Source of the DNA: Acidobacteriota bacterium
GTDB lineage: Bacteria; Acidobacteriota; Vicinamibacteria; Marinacidobacterales; Marinacidobacteraceae
DNA length: 64,000 nt
Direction: 5' to 3'
Assembly (NCBI GenBank): GCA_022822745.1
Contig: JAJEAO010000005.1
Location: 17,831-81,830 of the forward strand
This document shows positions 46,327 through 55,971 of the stretch, piece by piece. The translations under genes were made by a program, and so were the position numbers. The notes beneath the pieces were generated by a model. It saw only the letters and a program-made list of their open reading frames with translations. It had not been told where the DNA came from and did no database searches. The first letter of the stretch is position 1; each line of letters starts with the position of its first letter.

Positions 46327-49300
46327 ATGAGAACCGTCGCGCCGTTCGCGCTCGTGGTCGCACTGCTTCCCGCATTCGCCCTCGCCCAGGGCAGTCACCG
46401 GGACTACGACGAGCACTTCGATGAGGCCAACGTCACCGTCCCGTCGGAATACACCGAAGGGCTCCGATTCCGCAACGTCGGGTTCACGCGGGGAGGACGC
46501 TCCACCGCTGTGGCTGGAGTCGTGGGGGATCCGCTGACCTACTACTTCGGGGGAACCGGGGGCGGTGTCTTCAAGACGACCGACGCCGGCCATTCGTGGC
46601 ACAACGTGAGCGACGGGTTCTTCGGCGTGGGCTCGGTGGGTTCCATCCGGGTCGCCCGTTCGGACACGAACGTCATCTATGTGGGCACCGGCTCGGCCTC
46701 GCCGCGCGGAAACATCTCGGTCGGTGACGGCATGTACCGCTCCGACGACGCGGGCAGGACCTGGGCGCATGTGGGACTCCGGCACGCCGGACAGATCGGC
46801 GCCCTGGCGATCCATCCGGACGATCCCGACCTCGTCTATGCGGCTGCGCTGGGGTACATCTTCGGCCCCAACGACGAACGGGGCATCTACCGGACGAAGG
46901 ACGGCGGCGAGACCTGGGAGCAGGTGCTCCATGTCTCCGACCGCACCGGCTTCGTGGAGATCCAGATGGATCCGAACAACCCGCGGATTCTCTACGCCGG
47001 AGCGTGGCGCGCCGAGCGGAAGCCGTGGACCATGATCTCCGGCAGTGAGGACGGCGGGATCTTCCGCAGCCGCGACGGTGGGGACACCTGGGAGCGCCTC
47101 GACGAGAACGGGCTGCCCCCCGGCATGATCGGCAAGACGGCGGTCGCCATTTCTCCAGCGAACTCCGACCGCATCTGGGTTCTCCTCGAAGCCGAGGGCG
47201 AGCGCGGGGGGCTGTACCGGTCGGATGACGGCGGAGAATCCTTCACGCGCATCAACGGCGACGCGGCTCTCCGGCAGCGTCCCTGGTACTACATCCACCT
47301 CTACGCTGATCCCCAGGACGAGAACACGGTGTACGTGCTGAACGTGCAGTTCCACAAATCCATAGACGGCGGCCGCACCTTCCCCGAGCGCATCCGGGTG
47401 CCCCACGGCGACAACCACGACCTGTGGATCAATCCCGACAACCGGATGAACATGATCAATTCCAACGACGGCGGCGCCAACGTCAGCTTCGACGGCGGGA
47501 AGAGCTGGACCGATCTGATGGGACAGGAGACCTCCGAGATGTACCGGGTCTATGTGGACGACCAGTGGCCCTATCGCATCTACGGATCCCAACAGGACAA
47601 CAGCACGATCTCGGTGCCCTCCCGCTCCGGATTCGGGGTGGTACCCGACTGGTATCAGGTCGGCGGCTGCGAGAGCGGCCACATCGCCGTGGATCCGCGC
47701 GATCCCGACATCATCTACGCCGGTTGCTACGGCGGCTCGATCACTCGGGTCAACCGCAAGACCGGCGAGGTCCGCCAGATCCTCCACTACCCGCAGCTCC
47801 AGCTCGGGCAGGCGGCCCGCGATCTCGACTACCGGTTCCAGTGGAACGCGCCCATCCGGCTTTCGCCCCACGATCCGGACATCCTCTACCACGCCTCGCA
47901 GGTGGTCCACATGTCGGGGGACGAGGGACAGAGCTGGCGGATCATCAGCCCCGACCTCACCACCAACAACCCGGAGCAACAGGACTACGCGGGCGGCCCG
48001 ATCACCCAGGACGGCACCGGAGTCGAGGTGTACAACACGATCTTCTCCTTCGAGGAGTCGCCGCACACTCCGCGGGAGCTGTGGGCCGGCAGCGACGACG
48101 GCCGGATGCATATCTCCCGCGACCGTGGCGAGACCTGGTCCGAGATCACGCCCGAGGACATGCCCGAGGGCGGCACCGTCAACGCGATCGAGATCTCGTC
48201 GCATGACCCGGCGCGAGTCTTCATCGCGGTGTACCGCTACCGCGAGAACGATTTCCGGCCGTACATCTTCCGCACCAACAACTCCGGGGAGGACTGGGAC
48301 CTGCTCACCGACGGGACCAACGGGATTCCGCCGACCCACCCCACCCGGGCCATCCGCGAGGATCCGGACCGGAAGGGGCTGCTCTACGCGGGCACCGAGT
48401 TCGGCCTCTACGTCTCTTTCGACGACGGCGCCCACTGGCAGCGCTTCCAGAACAACCTCCCCGTGACCCCGATCACCGACCTCCAGGTCCACCGCCAGGA
48501 TCTGGTCATCGCCACCCAGGGCCGTTCCTTCTGGGTGCTCGATGACCTCACGCCGCTGCACCAGATCACCGACGAGGTGATGGCCGCCGATTCGTGGCTC
48601 TACGCTCCGCGCACGGCGTACCGCGGCGGTTTTCTGACCGGCGCCGACATCCGGTATCACCTCAGGGAGGAGCCGGAGTCGGCCATCACGCTGGAGATCC
48701 GGGATTCGGAGGGGAACACCGTGCGGCAGGTCACGGGCCAGCCCGGTGACGCCGCGCCCACCGGTCCGACCTCTCCCTTCGCCTTCTTCTTCGGCGGGGG
48801 CGGAGGCGCCCGGCTGCCGGCGACCGCCGGCCTGAACTCCTTCCGCTGGAACCTCCGGGAGGAGGGCATCCAGCGGCCGGCCGGGGTGGTGCATTGGGGC
48901 GGGACGCCCGGACTCAGTGTCGTCCCGGGAACCTACGAGGTCCGGCTCACCGTGGGGGACGAGACCCGCACCCAGGAGCTCGAGGTGGGCATCCGGCCGA
49001 ACCTCTCGATCGAGGCGGACGACCTCCAGAAGCAGTACGACCTGGGCCAGGAGGTGGCCGGCGAGGTCACGAAGCTCTTCGACGCGCTCAACCGGGTCCG
49101 TGACGTGAAGACCCAGGCGAGCGACATCGTGTCCCGGCTGAACAAGGCGAACCGCGGCGACGAGGATCTGGCTGCGCTCGCGAAGGCGCTCGGCGACCGG
49201 CTGACCGAGATCGAGGAGACGATCACCCAGACCCGGAGCAAGTCGTCGCAGGATCCGATCAACTTCCCGCCTCAGATCGACAATCAGCTCGTGACGCTCT

Positions 49301-49497
49301 ACGGCTACATCGTCCAGGGCAACGACGAGCCCACGGCAGGCGCCTTCGAGCGCTTCAACGACCTGAAGCCCGATCTGGACCAGATCCACAGCGACCTCGA
49401 CGCCGCGATCGCCGAGCATCTGACTCCGTTCAACGCCCGCGTCGCCGAGCTCGACATTCCCGCGATCATCCTCTCGGCGGAAACCTCCGGCTCCTGA
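46327..49497 (+). CDS. secreted BNR/Asp-box repeat protein (sortilin/VPS10-like), paralog of 19776..22877
   Basis: ATG at 46327 with signal peptide (the track ORF opens at 46171). Asp-boxes TTDAGHSW, SDDAGRTW, TKDGGETW, SRDGGDTW, SDDGGESF. ~45-50% identity to the first paralog over the alignable region. Confidence 0.8.
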   Translation: MRTVAPFALVVALLPAFALAQGSHRDYDEHFDEANVTVPSEYTEGLRFRNVGFTRGGRSTAVAGVVGDPLTYYFGGTGGGVFKTTDAGHSWHNVSDGFFGVGSVGSIRVARSDTNVIYVGTGSASPRGNISVGDGMYRSDDAGRTWAHVGLRHAGQIGALAIHPDDPDLVYAAALGYIFGPNDERGIYRTKDGGETWEQVLHVSDRTGFVEIQMDPNNPRILYAGAWRAERKPWTMISGSEDGGIFRSRDGGDTWERLDENGLPPGMIGKTAVAISPANSDRIWVLLEAEGERGGLYRSDDGGESFTRINGDAALRQRPWYYIHLYADPQDENTVYVLNVQFHKSIDGGRTFPERIRVPHGDNHDLWINPDNRMNMINSNDGGANVSFDGGKSWTDLMGQETSEMYRVYVDDQWPYRIYGSQQDNSTISVPSRSGFGVVPDWYQVGGCESGHIAVDPRDPDIIYAGCYGGSITRVNRKTGEVRQILHYPQLQLGQAARDLDYRFQWNAPIRLSPHDPDILYHASQVVHMSGDEGQSWRIISPDLTTNNPEQQDYAGGPITQDGTGVEVYNTIFSFEESPHTPRELWAGSDDGRMHISRDRGETWSEITPEDMPEGGTVNAIEISSHDPARVFIAVYRYRENDFRPYIFRTNNSGEDWDLLTDGTNGIPPTHPTRAIREDPDRKGLLYAGTEFGLYVSFDDGAHWQRFQNNLPVTPITDLQVHRQDLVIATQGRSFWVLDDLTPLHQITDEVMAADSWLYAPRTAYRGGFLTGADIRYHLREEPESAITLEIRDSEGNTVRQVTGQPGDAAPTGPTSPFAFFFGGGGGARLPATAGLNSFRWNLREEGIQRPAGVVHWGGTPGLSVVPGTYEVRLTVGDETRTQELEVGIRPNLSIEADDLQKQYDLGQEVAGEVTKLFDALNRVRDVKTQASDIVSRLNKANRGDEDLAALAKALGDRLTEIEETITQTRSKSSQDPINFPPQIDNQLVTLYGYIVQGNDEPTAGAFERFNDLKPDLDQIHSDLDAAIAEHLTPFNARVAELDIPAIILSAETSGS

Positions 49498-49719
49498 CTT
49501 CCCTCCGGGCGCCCTGGTCCTCGGACCGGCGCGCCCGGCCTCGGTTCCGTCGCGATGGACTCCCGGTGGCTGCGCACCCGGGCGGCGCCGGTCTGCTCTC
49601 CCGCTGTCCCGGACTCGAGGCGACCGCCCGCGCGACTCGACCGCCGCGCGCGTCATGGGATCTCCGGGCTGGACTCCCGTTCCACTGGATTCACTCGGCG
49701 TCGAAGGAGGCTCGGTGTC

Positions 49720-50067
49720 ATGCCGACCGAGCAGCGCGTCGCCCCGGTCCGGGGCGCCCACCGCCTGAGCCCGGAGTTCTGGGCCATCATCGGGATCGGG
49801 GTCACCGTCCTGATCGGCCTGGGGGCCGGGCAGATGGGCATCCGGGACGAGTTTCGGGGCGAGATCAAGGGCGTCCGGGGGGAGATCCAGGGCGTCCGGG
49901 GGGAGGTTCAGAGTCTCCGGGACGATCACCGCGAAGACTTCATGCTGCTCCTTCAGGAGATCAGGGAAGTGAGAGAGTTGGTCGTCGCCAACGGGAAGGT
50001 GCTCGCCCGCATCGAGCAGGCGCTCTTCGGTCCCCCCGCGAAAGTCACGCCCGCTGACCGGGAATAG
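49720..50067 (+). CDS. small membrane-anchored coiled-coil protein
   Basis: AAGGAGG 8 nt upstream of the ATG; one TM (FWAIIGIGVTVLIGLGAG), then heptad repeats GEIKGVR-GEIQGVR-GEVQSLR. Confidence 0.5.
   Translation: MPTEQRVAPVRGAHRLSPEFWAIIGIGVTVLIGLGAGQMGIRDEFRGEIKGVRGEIQGVRGEVQSLRDDHREDFMLLLQEIREVRELVVANGKVLARIEQALFGPPAKVTPADRE
49861..49923 (+). repeat. three tandem 21-bp units (gagatcaagggcgtccggggg and variants) encoding the heptad repeats
   Basis: Direct repeat read from the sequence. Confidence 0.6.
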
Positions 50068-50205
50068 GCCTCGGCGCACCGCGGGCCACGGCGCGGTGTT
50101 TCCGCGCCGGCTCGCGAAGGCCGCAGCTCTCGGCTGAATGCGCCACGGCGCCGTGGCGCGTGGTGGTAGCGTCCCGCCCGGCTTCACGAGGGGGCGGCTG
50201 AATCG

Positions 50206-50940
50206 GTGGACGGGATCCAGGACGGCGACGCGCCGCTGCTCGAACTCGACCGGGTCACGAAGCGGTTCCCGCAGGCGGACGGCTCCCGGCTGACGGTCCT
50301 GCGGGAGGCCTCGCTCACGCTCCGCAGCGGGGCGACCTGCGCGGTGGCCGGTCGCTCCGGCAGCGGCAAGAGCACGCTCCTGCATCTCGCCGCGGGTATC
50401 GAGACCCCGAGCGAGGGCGCGGTGCGGCTCGCGGGACGCGATCTGGGAGCGCTCTCCGATCGGGCCCGCAGCCGCCTGCGCGGCCGGATGGTGGGGCTGG
50501 TCTTCCAGTCCTTCCACCTCCTTCCCTACCTCACCGTGCGGGAGAACGTGCTCCTGCCCGCGCGCATCCACGGCGTGCGCGAAGTCGTCGGGGCGCCGGA
50601 GGGTCGCGCCGACCCCGGCGCCGCCGCCGATCGCCTGCTCCAGGAGGTGGGCCTCCGGGACCGGAGCGGCGAACCGGCCCGAACCCTCTCCGGGGGCGAG
50701 ATGCAGCGGACCGCGATCGCCCGCGCCCTCCTCCTCGGACCGCCGCTGGTCCTCGCCGACGAACCGACGGGCAGCCTCGACGCCGCCTCGGCGCACGCCG
50801 TGACCGACCTCCTGTTCCGGCTCGTCGGCGAGCGTCGCATAGGTCTGATCCTCGCCACGCACGCCCCCGAACTCGCGGCGCGCTGCGCGATCCGGCTCCG
50901 GCTCCTCGCCGGACGCCTCCTGCCCGGACCGGCGGATTGA
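50206..50940 (+). CDS. ABC transporter ATP-binding protein (MacB/LolD-like)
   Basis: Walker A GRSGSGKST, signature LSGGEMQR, Walker B LVLADEPTGSLD. Confidence 0.85.
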   Translation: MDGIQDGDAPLLELDRVTKRFPQADGSRLTVLREASLTLRSGATCAVAGRSGSGKSTLLHLAAGIETPSEGAVRLAGRDLGALSDRARSRLRGRMVGLVFQSFHLLPYLTVRENVLLPARIHGVREVVGAPEGRADPGAAADRLLQEVGLRDRSGEPARTLSGGEMQRTAIARALLLGPPLVLADEPTGSLDAASAHAVTDLLFRLVGERRIGLILATHAPELAARCAIRLRLLAGRLLPGPAD

Positions 50941-53528
50941 TCCGCCTCGCCCTCCGGACGGCGGCGGCCCGGTTCCGCGCCGCCCCGGCGCTGACGGCGC
51001 TCACGGTGGTCGCGATCGCTCTCGGATCGGCGGCGGTGCTCTCGGTCCAGCTCCTGAACCGGGCGTCGCTCGCAGCCCTCGACGCGAGTCTCGAAGCCGT
51101 TTCTCCGGGCGCCGACCTCCGCCTGGAGGCGGTCACGACGGGCGAGGGGATGCTGCCCGACGAGGCCTGGCTCCATGCTCTCGCGCTCCCGGGCGTCGAG
51201 AGCGCGTCGCCGATCGTGCGTCTCCGCCGGGTCGCGGTGAGCGCGGGCGAGGCCTCGCCCGAGGTCCCGCTCGAGATCCCGCTCGAGATCCCTGTCGTCG
51301 GCGTGGATCTGATGTCGGCCGGCTTCGCCTTCGCAGCGGCGCCGGGCGAGGCGGCAACCGCGTTTTCCGCCGACTCCTTCCTCACCGGCGGCGTCACGCT
51401 GCCACGATCCGCGGCGGACCGATTGGGAGTCGTTCCGGGCGAGGAGGTTCGTCTGGACCATCGCGGCCGCATTCGGAGTGTCCCGGTCGCGGGGATCCAC
51501 GGGACGGCGGACGGGGAGGAGACGGCGGGCGAGGCCGCATTCCTGGATCTCGCATGGGCGCAGGCGCTTCGCGGCGCTCCCGGGCTCGACCGGATCGAAA
51601 TCGCGATCCGGGGCGGCGCGGACGCCGCCGCGGTCACGGACGGCCTCGAAACCGCGATCCCGGGGGCGCGGGCCACATCGGGAGCAGCACTCCGGGAAGA
51701 GGGAGCGGATCTCTTCGCCGCGTTCCGACTGACCCTGACGGCGCTCTCGACGGTGAGTCTGCTCGTCGGTTCGTTTCTGGTGTATGCGAGCGTGCGGGCC
51801 GGGCTCGCGGCGCGCCGACGGGAGATCGGCCTCTACCGGTCGCTCGGCGCTCCGGTGCGCTCCGTGGGCGGGCTTCTCGCCGCCGAGGTCGCGCTCACCG
51901 CGCTCGTCGGCGGAGGGATCGGGGTCCCTCTCGGCGCCGCGGCGGCCGGGCTGTCCCTCGGACGGGTCGAGTCCGTGCTCACGAGCTTCTACCTGCTGGA
52001 TCGCATCGGGCAGGTGGGCGTCACGCCGGGCGTCGCGCTGGCATCCGTAGGCCTCGCCCTCGGCGCGGCGCTCCTCGGGGCGCTCCCGGAGATCGTCTCC
52101 GCCGCCCGCCGCCCCCCGGCCGCGCTGCTCGCACCGGGGCGCTCCGTCGCGCTGCGCCTCCGGAAATCGAGTCGGCGGTGGCCGACCTGGGTCGGCGCGG
52201 CGCTCGCGGTCTTCGGCATCTCGGCGCTCGCGCCGGAGTCGTGGCCGTGGCTTCCGGCGTCGCTCGGAGGAGGGTTCGCGGCGGCTGGCGCTGTCCTGCT
52301 GGGGGCCGCCATCCTGTGTCGTCCGGCGCTCGCGCTCCTCTCCCGGCTGTCGGCCCGTCTCGAGGGCCGCTCGCCCTTCGCGCGGGGTCTCCGGGCCGCG
52401 GTGCGGGAGCCCGGCGCCACCGCCCCTCCGGCCACGGCTCTCCTGATCGCAGTGGCCATGCTCGTCGGCGTCTCCTCCATGATCGCGAGTTTCCGCACGA
52501 CGCTGGAGGTGTGGCTCGACGAGACGCTGGTGGCCGACCTCTATGTGGCGCGGCCCGGGCGCTTCGGCGAACCCGGCGGCGTCCCGCTCCCGCTTGCTCC
52601 GGAGAGCGTGGAGATTCTCGCCGGCGATCCGGCGGTGGCCCACCACGACACCCTGCGGGCGCTGCGCGTCCGGCTCGATGGCCGGCTGACCTCGGTCGCG
52701 GGCGTCCGGACGGAGATCCCGGGGGCCGGGGAGCGGTTCTCGTTTCTCGGCGATCGGGACGCGGCTCTCGCCGGTCTGCTCCGCGGGGATGCGCTGGTGT
52801 CCGAACCACTGGCCCGCCGCCTCGAGCTGTCCCCCGGAGCCACGCTCCTCCTGCCGACTCCCGGAGGCGCGAGGCCGGTGCGGGTCGCCGGGGTCTATCG
52901 GGACTACGGCAACGAGGGAGGCGGCGTCATCCTCGATCGGGCCCGGGTGAACGCCCTGTTTCCGACGCCCGGGCCGCCTCCGGTCCACGGCGTGGCGCTG
53001 ACCCTGCGCCCGGAAGCGGAGCCGGCCGCCGTCGCCGCCGGCCTGCGGGAGCGCCTCCCGGTCGCCCTGGACATCGTCGAGAACGATGCGCTGCGAGCTC
53101 GGGCCCTCGTCATCTTCGACGAGACCATGGCGGTCACCGGGCTGCTCCGCCGGTTCGCGCTGTTCATCGCGGCGCTCGGGGTCGCCCTCCTGCTGTGGGC
53201 GCTGGCGCGGGAGCGGGCGGCGGAGACCGCGCTGCTCCGGGCGCTGGGCGCCAGTCGCGCTCAGGCCGCCGGGGAGTTCTTCGGGCGGGGCGCCGTCGTC
53301 TCGCTGGTTGCGCTGGGCCTCGGCGGCGCCGCCGGCGCGGCGCTCTCGGCTCTTCTGGCGCTCGTGGTGAATCCCGCGTGGTTCGGCTGGACGGTGGATC
53401 TCCACTGGCCGATCGGGGCGTTTGCCGGGCAGGCGGCGGTCGTGCTCGTCGCGGGACTTCTCGCCGCCGCCCTGCCGGCTCGCCTCGCCGCGCGGGTCAG
53501 CGCGACCTCCCTGGTGCGCGAACTGTGA
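50937..53528 (+). CDS. ABC transporter permease with duplicated FtsX domains (MacB-like, ~860 aa)
   Basis: TTG start overlapping the ATPase stop (TTGA). Two 4-TM FtsX modules separated by large extracytoplasmic domains. Confidence 0.85.
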   Translation: MIRLALRTAAARFRAAPALTALTVVAIALGSAAVLSVQLLNRASLAALDASLEAVSPGADLRLEAVTTGEGMLPDEAWLHALALPGVESASPIVRLRRVAVSAGEASPEVPLEIPLEIPVVGVDLMSAGFAFAAAPGEAATAFSADSFLTGGVTLPRSAADRLGVVPGEEVRLDHRGRIRSVPVAGIHGTADGEETAGEAAFLDLAWAQALRGAPGLDRIEIAIRGGADAAAVTDGLETAIPGARATSGAALREEGADLFAAFRLTLTALSTVSLLVGSFLVYASVRAGLAARRREIGLYRSLGAPVRSVGGLLAAEVALTALVGGGIGVPLGAAAAGLSLGRVESVLTSFYLLDRIGQVGVTPGVALASVGLALGAALLGALPEIVSAARRPPAALLAPGRSVALRLRKSSRRWPTWVGAALAVFGISALAPESWPWLPASLGGGFAAAGAVLLGAAILCRPALALLSRLSARLEGRSPFARGLRAAVREPGATAPPATALLIAVAMLVGVSSMIASFRTTLEVWLDETLVADLYVARPGRFGEPGGVPLPLAPESVEILAGDPAVAHHDTLRALRVRLDGRLTSVAGVRTEIPGAGERFSFLGDRDAALAGLLRGDALVSEPLARRLELSPGATLLLPTPGGARPVRVAGVYRDYGNEGGGVILDRARVNALFPTPGPPPVHGVALTLRPEAEPAAVAAGLRERLPVALDIVENDALRARALVIFDETMAVTGLLRRFALFIAALGVALLLWALARERAAETALLRALGASRAQAAGEFFGRGAVVSLVALGLGGAAGAALSALLALVVNPAWFGWTVDLHWPIGAFAGQAAVVLVAGLLAAALPARLAARVSATSLVREL

Positions 53529-54712
53529 TGCCGGCTCGGTCACCCGTCGCGCTCGTGCTCGCGACGGCGATCTTCGTCGCGGCTGTCCCGCTCGCCGGCC
53601 AGGAGCCGCAGGAACCCGCGTTCCGGCCCACCGATCCCGGCCACGTGTGGCAGTTTCCGCGCGATCACTGGTTCCACGACGGCTACCGAACCGAGTGGTG
53701 GTACTTCGTCGGATTCCTGTCTGCGGACGACGGAAGCCGCCGCTTCGCCTGGCAGCTCACGCTCTTCCGCAGCGGCCTCCCTCCGGCGGACGGCTCGCCG
53801 GCCCCGTCCCGGTGGGCGGCGAGGAGCACGGCCATGGGGCACCTCGCCCTCGCCGACCTCGATTCGGGAGAGCGCGAGTTCGTCCAGGTGGTGTACCGCG
53901 AGGCGCCGGGGCTCGCCGCCTTCCATCCCTTCCCGGGTGGAGCTGGGGGCGAGATCGCTCGAACCCCGGGTCCGCCGGGCACGGCGTCGCGGTGGGAGCT
54001 GGCCTTCGACCCGGACCGGCGGGCATTCACGATGGCGGCGGCGGACGGTGCCGCCGGAGTCGGTCTGGAGCTGACCGCCCGCATCACCGCTTCGCCGCTC
54101 TTCCACGGTCCCCGCGGCTACCACGAGAAGTCTCCCGGCGGGGGGGCGAGCCTCTACTACAGCCACACCCGGCTCGAGGTCTCGGGCCGGGTTCGCCTCG
54201 GCGGCGCGATGATCGCGGGCTCGGGGACCGGCTGGCTGGACCGCGAATTCGGCTCGTCGTGGCTCGCAGCGGAACAGATCGGCTGGGACTGGTTCGGCCT
54301 CACGCTCGATGACGGCCGGGATCTGATGGTCTATCTCCTCCGCCGCGAGGACGGCTCCGTCTCCTGGGCCAGCGGCACCCTGCGCGACCCGGCGGGAGAC
54401 ACGATCGAGCTGGAGGGCCCGGAAGTCGAGGCTCTCGGGGAGTTCCGTCCGGAGGATCTGGAGGAGGGCGGCCGGCCCTATCCCGCCGGATGGCGCCTCC
54501 GGGTCCGGTCCGAAGAGCTCGACCTGCGCGTGCTGCCGCTCCTCGCCGATCAGGAAAACCGCCTCGGGGCAGGGGAGTCGGGACCCGACATCCCCTACTG
54601 GGAGGGCGCCGCCGAGGTGCTCTCGTGGGACCGGGGGGCCGTTCTCGGTCGGGGCTTCGTCGAGCTCACCGGCTACCGCACACCGATCCCGGCTCTTCTC
54701 GGCGGCCAATAG
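53528..54712 (+). CDS. AttH-like secreted protein (lipocalin-like / CrtC hydroxyneurosporene-synthase-like domain)
   Basis: ATG overlaps the permease stop (TGATG); signal peptide; HWFHDGYRTEWWYFVG block typical of the AttH/CrtC family. The track ORF 51554..54712 is mostly a shadow of the permease. Confidence 0.65.
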   Translation: MPARSPVALVLATAIFVAAVPLAGQEPQEPAFRPTDPGHVWQFPRDHWFHDGYRTEWWYFVGFLSADDGSRRFAWQLTLFRSGLPPADGSPAPSRWAARSTAMGHLALADLDSGEREFVQVVYREAPGLAAFHPFPGGAGGEIARTPGPPGTASRWELAFDPDRRAFTMAAADGAAGVGLELTARITASPLFHGPRGYHEKSPGGGASLYYSHTRLEVSGRVRLGGAMIAGSGTGWLDREFGSSWLAAEQIGWDWFGLTLDDGRDLMVYLLRREDGSVSWASGTLRDPAGDTIELEGPEVEALGEFRPEDLEEGGRPYPAGWRLRVRSEELDLRVLPLLADQENRLGAGESGPDIPYWEGAAEVLSWDRGAVLGRGFVELTGYRTPIPALLGGQ

Positions 54713-54756
54713 AATCGTCGCCGGGCGGCCCCAGCCGACTCCCACCGAGCAGCGCC

Positions 54757-55971
54757 ATGAGGATCGAGAGCATCGAGCTCCGCAACTACCGGGTCTTTCG
54801 TCGGGCGCGGCTCGATCACCTGCCCCGGATGGCGGTCGTCGTCGGGGCCAACGGCTCGGGAAAGAGCACGCTGTTCGATGCCTTCAGCTTCCTGAAGGAT
54901 GCCCTCCAGGACAACGCCCGGGTGGCGGTCGCCCGGCGGGGAGGGTTCCGGGAACTCGTGAGTCGGGGCGAAAGGGGCCCGATCGCCGTGATTCTCAAGT
55001 TTCGGGAGAGCGGAGGTCGGCTGGCCACCTACTCGCTCGAGGTCGGCGAGGCGGGCGGGAGAGTCGTCGTCGAGCGCGAGATCCTGCGCTACCGGCGCGG
55101 CCAGAAGGGCAAGCCGTGGCACTTCGTGGACTTCCGTCGAGGGGAGGGGACCGCCATCACGAACGAGGCTCTCTATGGGCAGACGGGTGTGGAAGAGGAG
55201 CGTGAGGAGTTCTCCCTGGAAGACCCGAGCATCCTCGCGATCAAGGGCCTCGGCCAGTTCCGCAGTTTCCCCGTCGTCGCCGAGTTTCGGAACCTGATCG
55301 AGAACTGGCACATTTCCGACTTCCGGATCGCCGATGCTCGGGTGAGTTCCGAGGCGGGATTCGCGAATCATCTGTCGGCGCGAGGCGACAACGTGGCGCT
55401 TGTAGCCCAGCATCTCCACGAATCGCACCCGGACCGATTCGAGGCGGTCCTTCGAGCGATGCGGCTGCGGGTTCCCGGAGTGCGGGATGTCGAAGTCCGA
55501 TCCACCGAGGATGGCCGGATGGTGCTGCGGTTCCGCGACGGGGAGTTCAAGGACCCGTTCATCGCCCGATACGTCTCCGACGGGACGATCAAGATGTTCG
55601 CGTACCTGGTTCTGCTCCACGATCCCAAGCCGCATCCCTGCCTGGCGGTGGAGGAGCCGGAGAACCACCTGTATCCGGTGTTGCTCCGCGAGCTTTGCGA
55701 GGAGTTCCGCGACTACGCCGGCGGCGGAGGACAGGTGTTCGTGTCAACCCACTCGCCCGAATTCCTGAACGCGGTGGAGCTCGACGAGATCTACTGGATG
55801 GGAAGACGCGGTGGGTTTTCGATGGTGCGTAGAGCCTCCGAAGACGAGATCCTCCGGAACCTGATCGAGGCGGGCGATGTTCCGGGCGACCTCTGGCGAC
55901 GGGGCTGCTTCGACGATGTCCGTGCCTGGCAGGGCGCATCGCCGGTCGTTCCATGGGCCGAGGTGACGTGA
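54757..55971 (+). CDS. AAA_21/OLD-family-like ATPase (SMC/RecF-type ABC ATPase fold), no partner gene
   Basis: Walker A VVVGANGSGKSTLFDAF; D-loop/Walker B LAVEEPENHLYP; H-loop STHSPEFL. Stop overlaps the ldcA ATG (TGATG). Confidence 0.7.
   Translation: MRIESIELRNYRVFRRARLDHLPRMAVVVGANGSGKSTLFDAFSFLKDALQDNARVAVARRGGFRELVSRGERGPIAVILKFRESGGRLATYSLEVGEAGGRVVVEREILRYRRGQKGKPWHFVDFRRGEGTAITNEALYGQTGVEEEREEFSLEDPSILAIKGLGQFRSFPVVAEFRNLIENWHISDFRIADARVSSEAGFANHLSARGDNVALVAQHLHESHPDRFEAVLRAMRLRVPGVRDVEVRSTEDGRMVLRFRDGEFKDPFIARYVSDGTIKMFAYLVLLHDPKPHPCLAVEEPENHLYPVLLRELCEEFRDYAGGGGQVFVSTHSPEFLNAVELDEIYWMGRRGGFSMVRRASEDEILRNLIEAGDVPGDLWRRGCFDDVRAWQGASPVVPWAEVT

Noticed and set aside
46033-50862. 1609-aa minus-strand ORF opposite the second BNR/sortilin gene, the small coiled-coil gene and the ABC ATPase
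   Set aside because: Shadow ORF across three well-supported plus-strand genes; its composition is Arg/Gly/Pro-rich with no motifs.
51554-53527. N-terminal ~650 aa of the 1052-aa plus-strand ORF 51554..54712
   Set aside because: This part is an out-of-frame read-through overlapping the permease on the same strand. Only the C-terminal 394 aa, from the ATG at 53528 (TGATG junction, signal peptide), look like a real AttH-like protein.
50526-53543. 1005-aa minus-strand ORF opposite the FtsX permease
   Set aside because: Shadow ORF. The plus-strand permease has canonical FtsX topology and is coupled to the ATPase.
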